The translations under genes were made by a program, and so were the position numbers. A stretch of 17,684 nucleotides of DNA, taken from Planctomycetota bacterium (lineage in GTDB: Bacteria; Planctomycetota; PUPC01; JACPCR01). The notes beneath the pieces are model-generated. The model worked only from the letters and a program-made list of their open reading frames with translations, ran no database searches and had not been told where the DNA came from. The stretch is from contig JACPCR010000037.1 of assembly GCA_016179685.1 (NCBI GenBank), positions 1-17,684 of the forward strand, read 5' to 3'. Below, in pieces: positions 1-7,805 of the stretch (its first letter is position 1; each line of letters opens with the position of its first letter).

Positions 1-256
1 AGGCCAACTCGCCGTTCCCTGGGCGAAAACCACTTGGGACTGCGTATTCAGATGAAGATACGAAGTGAGGCAGCATCACCCAGACTGCGCAGAGGCTCGA
101 AAGTGCCCGGATCATGGGCTTTCCTCCGCTGCGGGCCGGAGCGCAGCAAAGCTCCCGCGCTTGGGAGTCGAAGGGCAAGTCAGGATGTATGGGAACTTGT
201 AGCCGCCAGCAGGTAGGATTAGGCCGCGGCGTGTGGCCCAATAGAAAACGGCACGC

Positions 257-290
257 GGCGTCTCGCGTCTCGCGTCTCGCGTCTCGCGTA
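257..290. repeat. Tandem heptamer repeat (TCTCGCG/CGTCTCG) x ~4.5 in a non-coding region
   Basis: Read directly: gcggcg tctcgcg tctcgcg tctcgcg tctcgcg ta. No credible ORF covers it. Confidence 0.8.
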
Positions 291-541
291 CTGGAGGTTC
301 TGTAGTTTGCTCGTTCATCGTCGGCTCATGCCTCTCTCTAGGCCAGGAGAGCATTCTTACCCGACTTCCGAGCCTCTGCGCCCGTTCAGGCGGACGCCAT
401 ACGTTCATATTTAATTGAAGTTAACAAGCGCTTCCCGGAATTGCAAGAGAAATTCCGACTCGGAAGGGTCACACGCGAGCAACATCGGGAGTTTCCCCGA
501 GAAGCATACTGCGCCAGAAAAGACTTTTATCCGAAAAACCC

Positions 542-1156
542 CTACTCGCCGGCGAGGTAACCGAGTCGGACGGCCTCATCGATCAGGTTCTCGGCGTAGG
601 ACCAGAGGAGCGGGGCGCCCTCGGCCATGGGCCGGTTTCGTTCGACGACCTTGGTGCGAGTCACGGAATGCTTCCGCCATTCCGAGCCCCGAGTCGCGAA
701 GTTGTGCAGGAGGGGCTGAAGTCGGTCCAGAGCGGCGGCAAAGCGCGCCTCCGAGGTGCTCCGCACCTCGAATTCGTTCCAGAGGCTGCGGAATTCCACG
801 GCCTGGTCCGGGGGCAACAGGTTGAAGAGCCGATCGGCGGCCCGGCTCTCTCTCTCGGCCTTGTCTCGGGCAGCTTGGTCGTCGTAGCAGTACGTGTCGC
901 CGGCATCGATCTCCACGAGGTCGTGAAGAATAACCATCTGGACCGCCCGCAGGAGGTCCAGATGCGGGTCCGCGGCATATTCCGACAGGAGCATGGCCAT
1001 CAGGGCGAGATGCCACGAATGCTCCGCGTCGTTCTCGTAACGCGAGCCGTCGGTCAGTATCGTGTGGCGGTAGACGTGTTTCAGCTTGTCCACTTCGATG
1101 ACGAACTGAATCTGCTGAAGGAGACGGTCAGGCAAGGAGGATTTTTCTGGAGGCAT
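542..1156 (-). CDS. HD-domain phosphohydrolase (HD_3 / YfbR-HDDC2-like 5'-nucleotidase family)
   Basis: 204 aa ORF with an ATG start. N-terminal LKHVYRHTILTDGSRYENDAEHSWHLALMAMLL and ILHDLVEIDAGDTY match the H...HD metal-binding motifs of HD_3-family hydrolases. No obvious SD. Confidence 0.8.
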   Translation of the reverse strand: MPPEKSSLPDRLLQQIQFVIEVDKLKHVYRHTILTDGSRYENDAEHSWHLALMAMLLSEYAADPHLDLLRAVQMVILHDLVEIDAGDTYCYDDQAARDKAERESRAADRLFNLLPPDQAVEFRSLWNEFEVRSTSEARFAAALDRLQPLLHNFATRGSEWRKHSVTRTKVVERNRPMAEGAPLLWSYAENLIDEAVRLGYLAGE

Positions 1157-1212
1157 GAATCAATAAATTGGCAAATGGTCCATCATGGAAGGCTGAGGTC
1201 TTGTCCTCGCTC

Positions 1213-1241
1213 ATTTTCAATTTTCAATTTTCAATTTTCAA
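1213..1241. promoter_or_regulatory. (ATTTTCA)x4 tandem repeat in the AT-rich promoter region upstream of the HD hydrolase gene
   Basis: Read directly: attttcaattttcaattttcaattttcaa. It lies in a locally AT-rich 130 bp segment between the HD gene start (1156, minus) and the dehydratase gene end (1496). On the minus strand it reads TTGAAAA repeated at 7 bp phase (-35-like, UP-element-like). Confidence 0.4.
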
Positions 1242-1495
1242 CAAGATTTTCTCCATTCGTCTTTTTCCTTACACCGTATACCGTGGTCTGGCTGCGCCAG
1301 CGCCGAGTTTCTGACCCGCTGAACAAAAGAGACATGAGCGTGCCGAAGTGCTTCGCGCATCCGTCCGACTTCCATGAGAGAGAGTGGGGAACGACGATCC
1401 CGCCGAACGGGGAGTCATTCCATGAAACAGACCTTCCTGAAAATCATCTCCGCCGCTGTGCTGGAGGAGTGTCTCCGCACTTCCACCCTCGAATG

Positions 1496-2620
1496 CTACC
1501 AGTCGTTGACCGAGCCGTCCGGACGCCTCAAATGGGGCAGCTCTCTGTGCACGTGGGGATGCGCTGCGGCCGCAGCCTCGTCGATGTCCACCCCCAGGCC
1601 CGGCGCGTGGTTGGGAAGGAGGTAGCCGTCTTTGACCCTCTGAGGAGGAGTGATGACCTCGTTCATCCAGTCCGGCGGAGGATTGAACTCCTGCACGCCA
1701 CAGTTGGGCACGGCCAGGTTGAGATGAAGCATGGCGGCCGTGGCGACGCCTCCAAGGGTATAGTGCAGAGCCAGCTCCTGGTAATGCGCCTCGCCCATAG
1801 CGGCAATCTTCTTGCCCTCGGTAATCCCGCCGCAATGGGTGATGTCGACGCGCAAGTAGTCGATGAGGTCGCGTTCGATCAACTCCCGGAATACCCACTT
1901 GTGCGTGAGCTGCTCACCCGTCCCGATCGGCACGCTCGTGTGCTGCCGCAGCAGGGCGAACGAGGCGGGATTCTCGGAACGGATGGGGTCCTCCACGAAG
2001 TAGGGCCGGAAGGGCTGAATGGCGTTGCACAGGGTGATGGCCTGGACGGGAGTCATCCGCGTGTGGACCTCGAAGATGACCTCCGGGCCGTCCCCGACGC
2101 TCTTCCGCAGGGCTTCGAAATGGCGGATGGAATTGCGTGTGGCCTCGGAGGCGTTGAAAACGCTGCCGTTGTCGCCCGTGGGAGAGATGCGGAGAACGCG
2201 GCAGCCTTCCGCCAGGACCTGGTGCGCATGGGCGACGAGCGCTTCGGGCGATTCTCCGCCGACATGCCGGTAGTAGAGGACCCGGTCGCGGCACAGTCCG
2301 CCGAGCAGGCGGTACACGGGCACTCCGAGCGCCTTGCCGTTGAGGTCCCAGAGGGCCATGTCGATGCCGGCGAGGGCGCTCTGGAGAACCGGCCCGCCGC
2401 GCCAGAAGGTGCCGCGGAAGATGTCCTGCCAGAGATGCTCGATGCGGGTCGCGTCTTTCCCGAGGAGAAAGGGTCGTAGATGGGTGCAGAGGGCCTCGGC
2501 GACGGCCATGTTGCGGCCGCTCAGGGAGGCCTCGCCGACGCCGTGCAAGCCCTCGTCGGTCTCCAGCTTGACGAAAAGCCAATCTTCGACTGGAAAAACC
2601 TTGACCGCAGTGATTTTCAT
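1496..2620 (-). CDS. Enolase-superfamily dehydratase, D-mannonate/D-gluconate dehydratase (ManD) subgroup of the D-galactonate dehydratase family
   Basis: ORF 1496..2662. The likely true start is the internal ATG at 2620 (MKITAVKVFPV...), preceded by GAGGT 6 nt upstream. MKITAVKVF...LETDEGLHGVGEASLSGR is the characteristic ManD N-terminus. Capping and barrel-domain motifs follow. Confidence 0.85.
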   Translation of the reverse strand: MKITAVKVFPVEDWLFVKLETDEGLHGVGEASLSGRNMAVAEALCTHLRPFLLGKDATRIEHLWQDIFRGTFWRGGPVLQSALAGIDMALWDLNGKALGVPVYRLLGGLCRDRVLYYRHVGGESPEALVAHAHQVLAEGCRVLRISPTGDNGSVFNASEATRNSIRHFEALRKSVGDGPEVIFEVHTRMTPVQAITLCNAIQPFRPYFVEDPIRSENPASFALLRQHTSVPIGTGEQLTHKWVFRELIERDLIDYLRVDITHCGGITEGKKIAAMGEAHYQELALHYTLGGVATAAMLHLNLAVPNCGVQEFNPPPDWMNEVITPPQRVKDGYLLPNHAPGLGVDIDEAAAAAHPHVHRELPHLRRPDGSVNDW

Positions 2621-2836
2621 GGATTGACCTCGCTTGAGCACGACCTTTCGGCCGGACCACAACGGGACAGGGAAAAGGTGTCAGTGGCCCTCCGCCGGCC
2701 TTCAGAACTCTCGGAGTAGGTATGAGAACCGAGGACTCGGACCCCGCTATTGTATTTCGCTCGAACAGCGAATCCTAGCCCCGGGCTCGAGAGATTCCGG
2801 TCTTGAAGTCGCTGCGGCCGCTCACCGCGGAAGACC

Positions 2837-2855
2837 CCGCGCTCGGAGAGCGCGG
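2837..2855. promoter_or_regulatory. Palindrome ccgcgctc-gga-gagcgcgg in the 418 bp divergent intergenic region
   Basis: 8 bp perfect arms with a 3 nt spacer, between the divergently transcribed dehydratase and oxidase genes. Candidate operator. Confidence 0.25.
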
Positions 2856-3038
2856 CCACGGCATAAGAGAAGGTCCGAACTCCGGGGGGGCCACCGAAGC
2901 CTGTTGGCAGCCTCTTGTGGGACGCCAGGACGGGCCGGAGCATTAGGTTCCGCTACCGGATTCTGATAACATCCTGGAAGCCGTCGGCGAGGCCGAGGGC
3001 ATCACTCAGAATCCTCGCCGGCGCCCTTTCCTTGCCCG

Positions 3039-4178
3039 GTGTCTGCCATGCCAGCTCATGACGTCATCGTGGTGGGCGTGGGCACCATGGGATCGGCGGC
3101 CTGCGACGCGCTGGCCCGCCGGGGCGTCAGCGTGCTCGGACTCGAGCAGTTCGGCATCCCCCATTCCATGGGGTCCCATAGCGGACGCACCCGGATGATC
3201 CGGTCCGCCTACCGCGAGCATCCGGACTACGTGGTGCTGGTCCGGAGGGCCGCCGACCTGTGGCGCGACCTCGAACGGGCGTCGGGCCGCACCTTGCTCA
3301 CGCCTTCCGGCCTGATTTTCATCGGCTCTCCGAAGGACCAGCTTCTCGAAGAATCGCTCCAGTGTGTCCAGCAGCATGGCGTCCGGCACGAAATCCTGTC
3401 TCCGGCTGACTTGCGCAGGCGATTCCCCCAATTCCGACTCCCAACGGACAGGGGCGCGTTCATCGATCTGGAGGCCGGTTTCCTCCGGCCCGAAAAGTGC
3501 ATCGAATCGTTCACGGACCGGGCATTTCGGCACGGCGGCGAGATTCATACCTATGAGCCTGTGGTCGCCTGGAAAGCGGACGGAAACGGCGTCGAGGTGC
3601 AGACCTCCCGGGGCCGGTATCCGGCTGGCCGGCTGGTCTTCACCCCGGGCCCCTGGGCTGACCGGCTGCTCACCGATCTGGGGGTGAAGCTGACCTTGAC
3701 GCGGCAGGTGCAGGCCTGGTTTCGCCCGCTTCGGCCCGAGATGTTCGGGCTGGATCGGTTTCTGCCCTGGACGGTCCAGGTGGATGCCGAGCGCAACATC
3801 TATGGATTTCCGATGGTGGACGATGAGATCGGGGTCAAAGTCGCCGAGCACAGCCGCGTCCACCGGACCACTCTCGAGGAAGTCTCCCGCGTTCCCTCAG
3901 CCGAGGACGAAGCGCTGTTGCGCCGAGAGCTGGGCCAGTTGCTTCCGGACGCTGCGGGCCCGGCCCTCTCGCTCCAGGTCTGCCTCTATACCAACACGCC
4001 GGACCATCAGTTCATTATCGACCTTCATCCCCGTTGGCCCGCCGTCGTTCTCGCCTGCGGCTTCAGCGGCCATGGGTTCAAGTTTGCACCCGTGGTCGGA
4101 GAGGCCCTGGCGGACCTGGCGCTCGAAGGCCGGACCGGTCTGCCCATCCAGTTCCTGGGTCTCCATCGTTTCCGGTGA
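3039..4178 (+). CDS. FAD-dependent oxidase of the monomeric sarcosine oxidase / N-methyltryptophan oxidase / fructosyl-amine oxidase family
   Basis: 379 aa with a GTG start at 3039 (alternative ATG at 3048). GxGxxG dinucleotide fold DVIVVGVGTMGSAACDALARRG. C-terminal ACGFSGHGFKF matches the covalent-FAD cysteine motif of MSOX/MTOX. Confidence 0.85.
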   Translation: MSAMPAHDVIVVGVGTMGSAACDALARRGVSVLGLEQFGIPHSMGSHSGRTRMIRSAYREHPDYVVLVRRAADLWRDLERASGRTLLTPSGLIFIGSPKDQLLEESLQCVQQHGVRHEILSPADLRRRFPQFRLPTDRGAFIDLEAGFLRPEKCIESFTDRAFRHGGEIHTYEPVVAWKADGNGVEVQTSRGRYPAGRLVFTPGPWADRLLTDLGVKLTLTRQVQAWFRPLRPEMFGLDRFLPWTVQVDAERNIYGFPMVDDEIGVKVAEHSRVHRTTLEEVSRVPSAEDEALLRRELGQLLPDAAGPALSLQVCLYTNTPDHQFIIDLHPRWPAVVLACGFSGHGFKFAPVVGEALADLALEGRTGLPIQFLGLHRFR

Positions 4179-4227
4179 ATCTTCAGGGAAAGATTCTGAC
4201 CGCACATTACAGCCCCGCCGTCGATCC

Positions 4228-4425
4228 TCAGACCACCCTCGGCAGTTGCGGCAGATGGTCGAAATGCTGATCACGCAATCCAACTGCGGTCTGGTTGAGG
4301 CTCTTCCCTACCTGTTTAGACCGCTTGCGTAAGGCCTCATCGAGAGCGGATGAGATTCCGCGAAGGGTGTATGGGACAGTGTGTTTCGGATTCAAGCCTG
4401 CATTGAATGCAGTGACTGCCTGCAC
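4228..4425 (-). CDS. Small ribbon-helix-helix (Arc/CopG/FitA-antitoxin-like) DNA-binding protein
   Basis: 65 aa ORF with a GTG start 1 nt after the stop of the upstream gene. Core YTLRGISSALDEALRKRSKQVGKSLNQTAV fits the RHH antitoxin pattern (beta-strand T-L-R, helix, G-x-S turn, helix). Local GC (~52%) is lower than the surroundings. No partner toxin lies downstream. Confidence 0.4.
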   Translation of the reverse strand: MQAVTAFNAGLNPKHTVPYTLRGISSALDEALRKRSKQVGKSLNQTAVGLRDQHFDHLPQLPRVV

Positions 4426-4426
4426 T

Positions 4427-5500
4427 TCAAGATGAAAATTCGACGCTCCCGTCCGTGCGGATTTCCTTCAGAACCGAGTCGCCCGCGAAGAACACGGCGG
4501 CCAGTTCGACCTCGAGGCTCTGGCCGGGCCTGAGGAGCGGCGCGGTATCCCGCTCGATGGCCTTGACGAGGCCCGTGCCGGGCATGCTGGTGAACGGCTC
4601 GAGCGCCATGACGTAACAGCGGCCATACCAGGGATAGCCGAAACTGCCGCGCAGCTCCTGCCAGAGCCATACATAAGGGAAAACCTCTCGGGGCCAGGCG
4701 AGGCCGATGCCGAAGCCGTGCCGGTGGTTGACGAGGCCGTACCAGCCTGCCTGGAAGTCGCTCAGGTAACCGAACTCGACGCAGCGCTGGTCGGGACCCG
4801 GCACAACGCGGAGATCGACCGGCTGCCCCTGGCTGCCCGGAAGAACGGGCCACGCCCCGCGGCTACCGGCGGGGATGCGGAGGACTTTGGAGATGGGGAC
4901 CTCATGGGACTGGTAGTTAGACCCGGGCATCTGGATGCGGCAATCGCCGCCGAGGAAGGGTGCTCCATAGGCGGGATGGTGTCCCCACATGAGGTGCATG
5001 TCCTCCTCGGCCTCGTTGGTCAGCCGTTCGGACAACAGGACGGCCGGGAGATACCTGTGGACGGAGACGGACCGGCGGAGGACGAACGGGCTGCGGAAGA
5101 GGCGGACGCAGAAATCTGCGGCGACCCGGGTGGATCGGCGGGCGGTGACGGTATAGTCCCAGGGGAGGGTGGAGGCTTCGCCGTGGAAGCCGAGCGGAGC
5201 GCCCTTGTAGGAGCAGGCGTCGCCGCCGTTGGGGAGGATTTCCTGCCAGCCGCCCGCGTAGTGGTCGAGCCAGGCGGCCTCGGTCTTGGCCCCGATGGAG
5301 GAGAGGCCGCAGGTGAGGTTCTTGAGGCCCCAGGGGGACTTCCAGAGGACGTCCATCCGCTGAGGCTTATAGACGAGGGAATGAATCTCCGCCCCTTTCT
5401 CCGGAAGGAGGGTGACGGAAAGGGATTGGTTTTCGAGGGTGACGGCGCGGTAACCGGGCGGCAAGCGATGTTCGCGGATGCGGCACGTATCACGTGGCAT
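4427..5500 (-). CDS. Hypothetical soluble protein, possibly galactose-mutarotase-like (DUF4432-like)
   Basis: Track ORF 4427..6112 overlaps the upstream membrane-protein gene. The in-frame ATG at 5500 (MPRDTCRIREHRL...) begins 23 nt after that gene's stop, giving 357 aa. High-GC codon bias. The functional call is weak and is from memory of the family only. Confidence 0.65.
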   Translation of the reverse strand: MPRDTCRIREHRLPPGYRAVTLENQSLSVTLLPEKGAEIHSLVYKPQRMDVLWKSPWGLKNLTCGLSSIGAKTEAAWLDHYAGGWQEILPNGGDACSYKGAPLGFHGEASTLPWDYTVTARRSTRVAADFCVRLFRSPFVLRRSVSVHRYLPAVLLSERLTNEAEEDMHLMWGHHPAYGAPFLGGDCRIQMPGSNYQSHEVPISKVLRIPAGSRGAWPVLPGSQGQPVDLRVVPGPDQRCVEFGYLSDFQAGWYGLVNHRHGFGIGLAWPREVFPYVWLWQELRGSFGYPWYGRCYVMALEPFTSMPGTGLVKAIERDTAPLLRPGQSLEVELAAVFFAGDSVLKEIRTDGSVEFSS

Positions 5501-5523
5501 GGTGCAGGTTGCTCCTTCGAGAA

Positions 5524-7182
5524 TCAAAGTTCGAGCCTGGCCAGGGCCCGCGCTCCGAGCCACAGAGGCAACAGGGCCGTGACGGCGGTCAGGGCCAGCA
5601 GGAATACGGCGGCCCCTGCGGCCCACCACCCGAGGTTGTCCGGCCCTATCTGCTCCGTCAGCGCCAGGTGCGAGAGCACCGCCTCGACGCTGACGACCAG
5701 GCTCACATAGGCCAGGCTCAGGATGAGATTCAAAGTGCCTCCAAACCCACTCACGATCTTGGAAGGATTGTCTTCCTTCAGATTGGGATAGAGCGCGCCC
5801 ATGCCCACGGAGAGGCCTGAAAGGGCGCAGCAGACGAGGACGAGCGTCCCCATGTGGATGGCCAGGATGCCCTGCGACGTCTTCAGCATGACGTTCGAAA
5901 CGACCATCAAGGTCTCGCTGACGACCAGGGACGTTCCCAGTGAAAAGAAAAACTTGCCATAAAGGATCGTCTCCCGCTTCAGGGGCAAGAGGCCCAGAAT
6001 CCAGAATCTCCGCCCTTCGAGGCTCAGCAAAGGGAAGATGAATCTCGTGGTCAGGGTGGCCAGCACGAGGCACGTCGCCGTCAGGTTCAGGAAGGACGTC
6101 CAGTGCCTCCACAGGATTTTTTCCTGGTCAAAGGCGAAGGTCCGCAGGTTGACGATATAGATGCCCAGAAGTCCAAACAGGATCGCGCACTGCGACCATT
6201 GCACCGGGTCCCTTCGAAAAATGGTCAGGTCCTTCAGGATGAGGAGAACGAGACCGCGTCCGCGGCGGTCCATCCATTTCGGGCGTCCATAGCGTTTCTT
6301 CTCGCGCCCGCTGTGGATGCGGGACCAGCCCACAGGATAGAGCCGAAGTGCAAGGCCGTTCGCCACCAGAGCCGCCATCAGGCCGTGGCTCGACACCAGG
6401 CCCAGACGAAAAAAGGTCTCGCCCCATTCGCCTCGGGCGGAAAGCATCAGCCCTTCCGTGATCCAGGTGCTAGGAAGGTACGGGCTCTGGCAGAAGCGGA
6501 TTTTCCCCAGCAGGCCATTCACCCACTCGTAAGAGTAGGGGGCCATGCCGCCGGTCGCCGCCACCACGCGAATCCCTGTCCAGGAGCCGCCGACGATCAG
6601 CAGGGCTGCCGCGGCCCAAAGCGTCCGCTTCGTGTTGGCCGGAACGACCACGGCGAAAACCAGGGCGGCCACGGCCCCGAAGGCCGCTGGGATCAGGACG
6701 AAAAAAGCGAAGAATGGAACGGCGGCCAGGTAGAAACCGAGTCCGGCCTCGCTGACCCAGCCGAACGTGACGACGAGTGGGATGCCCAAGAGGATGAAGG
6801 CCCAGGAACTGAAGAGGACCGACTCGAAAAACTTGTGGAGAAAGATGGTTTCGTGGCTCAGGGGGCAGGACATCAGGAAGGTGGATTCGTTGGACTGGAA
6901 CAGCGAGGAATAGGCGATGATCGCGTTGCTAAAGGCCAGCATGAGGAGCAGGGAGAAGAAAAAGAGGGCCAGCATGGCCCCTGTGAAATAGGTCTCCAGC
7001 CCCATGAACTGCTTCAACCAGGCGAATCCCCAATAGAAAAGAGCGAATAGCCCCAGCCAGAAAACGCCTCCCAGAACGCTCACCACAGCTATCTTCAGAC
7101 GCGATTCCTGGTGGAGCGTTTTCAACCGGTTCAGCCCCAGCCGGACCCGCAGTGGAAGGAGGAGGAGCAGGTATCCACTCAT
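5524..7182 (-). CDS. Polytopic membrane protein, putative ABC-exporter-type permease
   Basis: 552 aa with an ATG start and >=12 hydrophobic segments across its length. Size and topology resemble the large permeases that partner ABC-2 ATPases. Confidence 0.7.
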   Translation of the reverse strand: MSGYLLLLLPLRVRLGLNRLKTLHQESRLKIAVVSVLGGVFWLGLFALFYWGFAWLKQFMGLETYFTGAMLALFFFSLLLMLAFSNAIIAYSSLFQSNESTFLMSCPLSHETIFLHKFFESVLFSSWAFILLGIPLVVTFGWVSEAGLGFYLAAVPFFAFFVLIPAAFGAVAALVFAVVVPANTKRTLWAAAALLIVGGSWTGIRVVAATGGMAPYSYEWVNGLLGKIRFCQSPYLPSTWITEGLMLSARGEWGETFFRLGLVSSHGLMAALVANGLALRLYPVGWSRIHSGREKKRYGRPKWMDRRGRGLVLLILKDLTIFRRDPVQWSQCAILFGLLGIYIVNLRTFAFDQEKILWRHWTSFLNLTATCLVLATLTTRFIFPLLSLEGRRFWILGLLPLKRETILYGKFFFSLGTSLVVSETLMVVSNVMLKTSQGILAIHMGTLVLVCCALSGLSVGMGALYPNLKEDNPSKIVSGFGGTLNLILSLAYVSLVVSVEAVLSHLALTEQIGPDNLGWWAAGAAVFLLALTAVTALLPLWLGARALARLEL

Positions 7183-7543
7183 GGAAGACTCGATGGCGGA
7201 CAGGCAGGTAGTCCCAACGGGATACCGCCGGGCGATGCTGGCGCTCCCGGGAACCCGGCATTCCGGGTGGCGATGGCAGTAAAGTGTCCAACACCATGCG
7301 CCGCCTCTGGCGGCGCGTTAGAGTTTAAGCTTGTAACTTCTCAGCGCCACGCGAAGATGTTGAATGGGTGTCAGGTGTCTGATGATTCCAGACACCAGCC
7401 GCTTGACACCTTTCCGAAGTCTGTTGAGTTGCGGCCAATGGCCAGCTTGAGTGTTGGAGTTGCATGCGAGCAACATTTTCAAATAATAATCATGACAGAA
7501 CTGGAGTAGGACTTCTCCGGCAGACCAGGAGGCAGGCTAGGAA

Positions 7544-7756
7544 GTGTCCACACGAGACGCGAATCGCACGAAGAAGTGGCGCACCTGCTTGAAGTGCGGC
7601 CGGAGGCTGTATACCGACCGCTGCCATCGCATCTGTCCCAAGTGCCACCAGAAGAACGAGAACGAGGGTCGAATCCGCCGGGTGGGCATCGGGACGAGCC
7701 ACTGGAAGGCTGGCGACAGTTCCCTCCGGGCGCAAGAAAAACCCAACGAATCATAG
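7544..7756 (+). CDS. Small Cys-rich zinc-ribbon protein (hypothetical)
   Basis: 70 aa with a GTG start; AGGAGG lies 11 nt upstream. CLKCG-x10-CHRICPKCH gives a CxxC...CxxxCxxC(H) metal-binding pattern. GC3-rich codons despite the AT-richer island. Followed by a hairpin. Confidence 0.35.
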   Translation: MSTRDANRTKKWRTCLKCGRRLYTDRCHRICPKCHQKNENEGRIRRVGIGTSHWKAGDSSLRAQEKPNES

Positions 7757-7759
7757 CTT

Positions 7760-7805
7760 CAGCGAAGCCATGCACCATGCGCTTCGCTGAGGTGCACGGC
7801 TTCGC
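7760..7805. terminator. Bidirectional terminator region with two mutually exclusive hairpins between the convergent small ORF and argH
   Basis: Hairpin A: cagcgaagc (7760-7768) pairs with gcttcgctg (7781-7789). Hairpin B: gcgaagccatgcacc (7763-7777) pairs with ggtgcacggcttcgc (7791-7805), 14/15. The second arm overlaps the argH stop codon. Confidence 0.4.

Noticed and set aside
1-541. Small ORFs in the 5' 540 bp (34-216, 112-408, 114-305)
   Set aside because: Mutually overlapping, low-complexity, no RBS or domain. The region is better described as non-coding with a tandem repeat. It could hold an RNA element or the end of a gene lying outside the window.
5501-6112. N-terminal extension of track ORF 4427..6112
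   Set aside because: Overlaps the 3' end of the polytopic membrane protein gene. Low-complexity RG-rich translation. An in-frame ATG at 5500 gives a compact gene starting 23 nt after the upstream stop.
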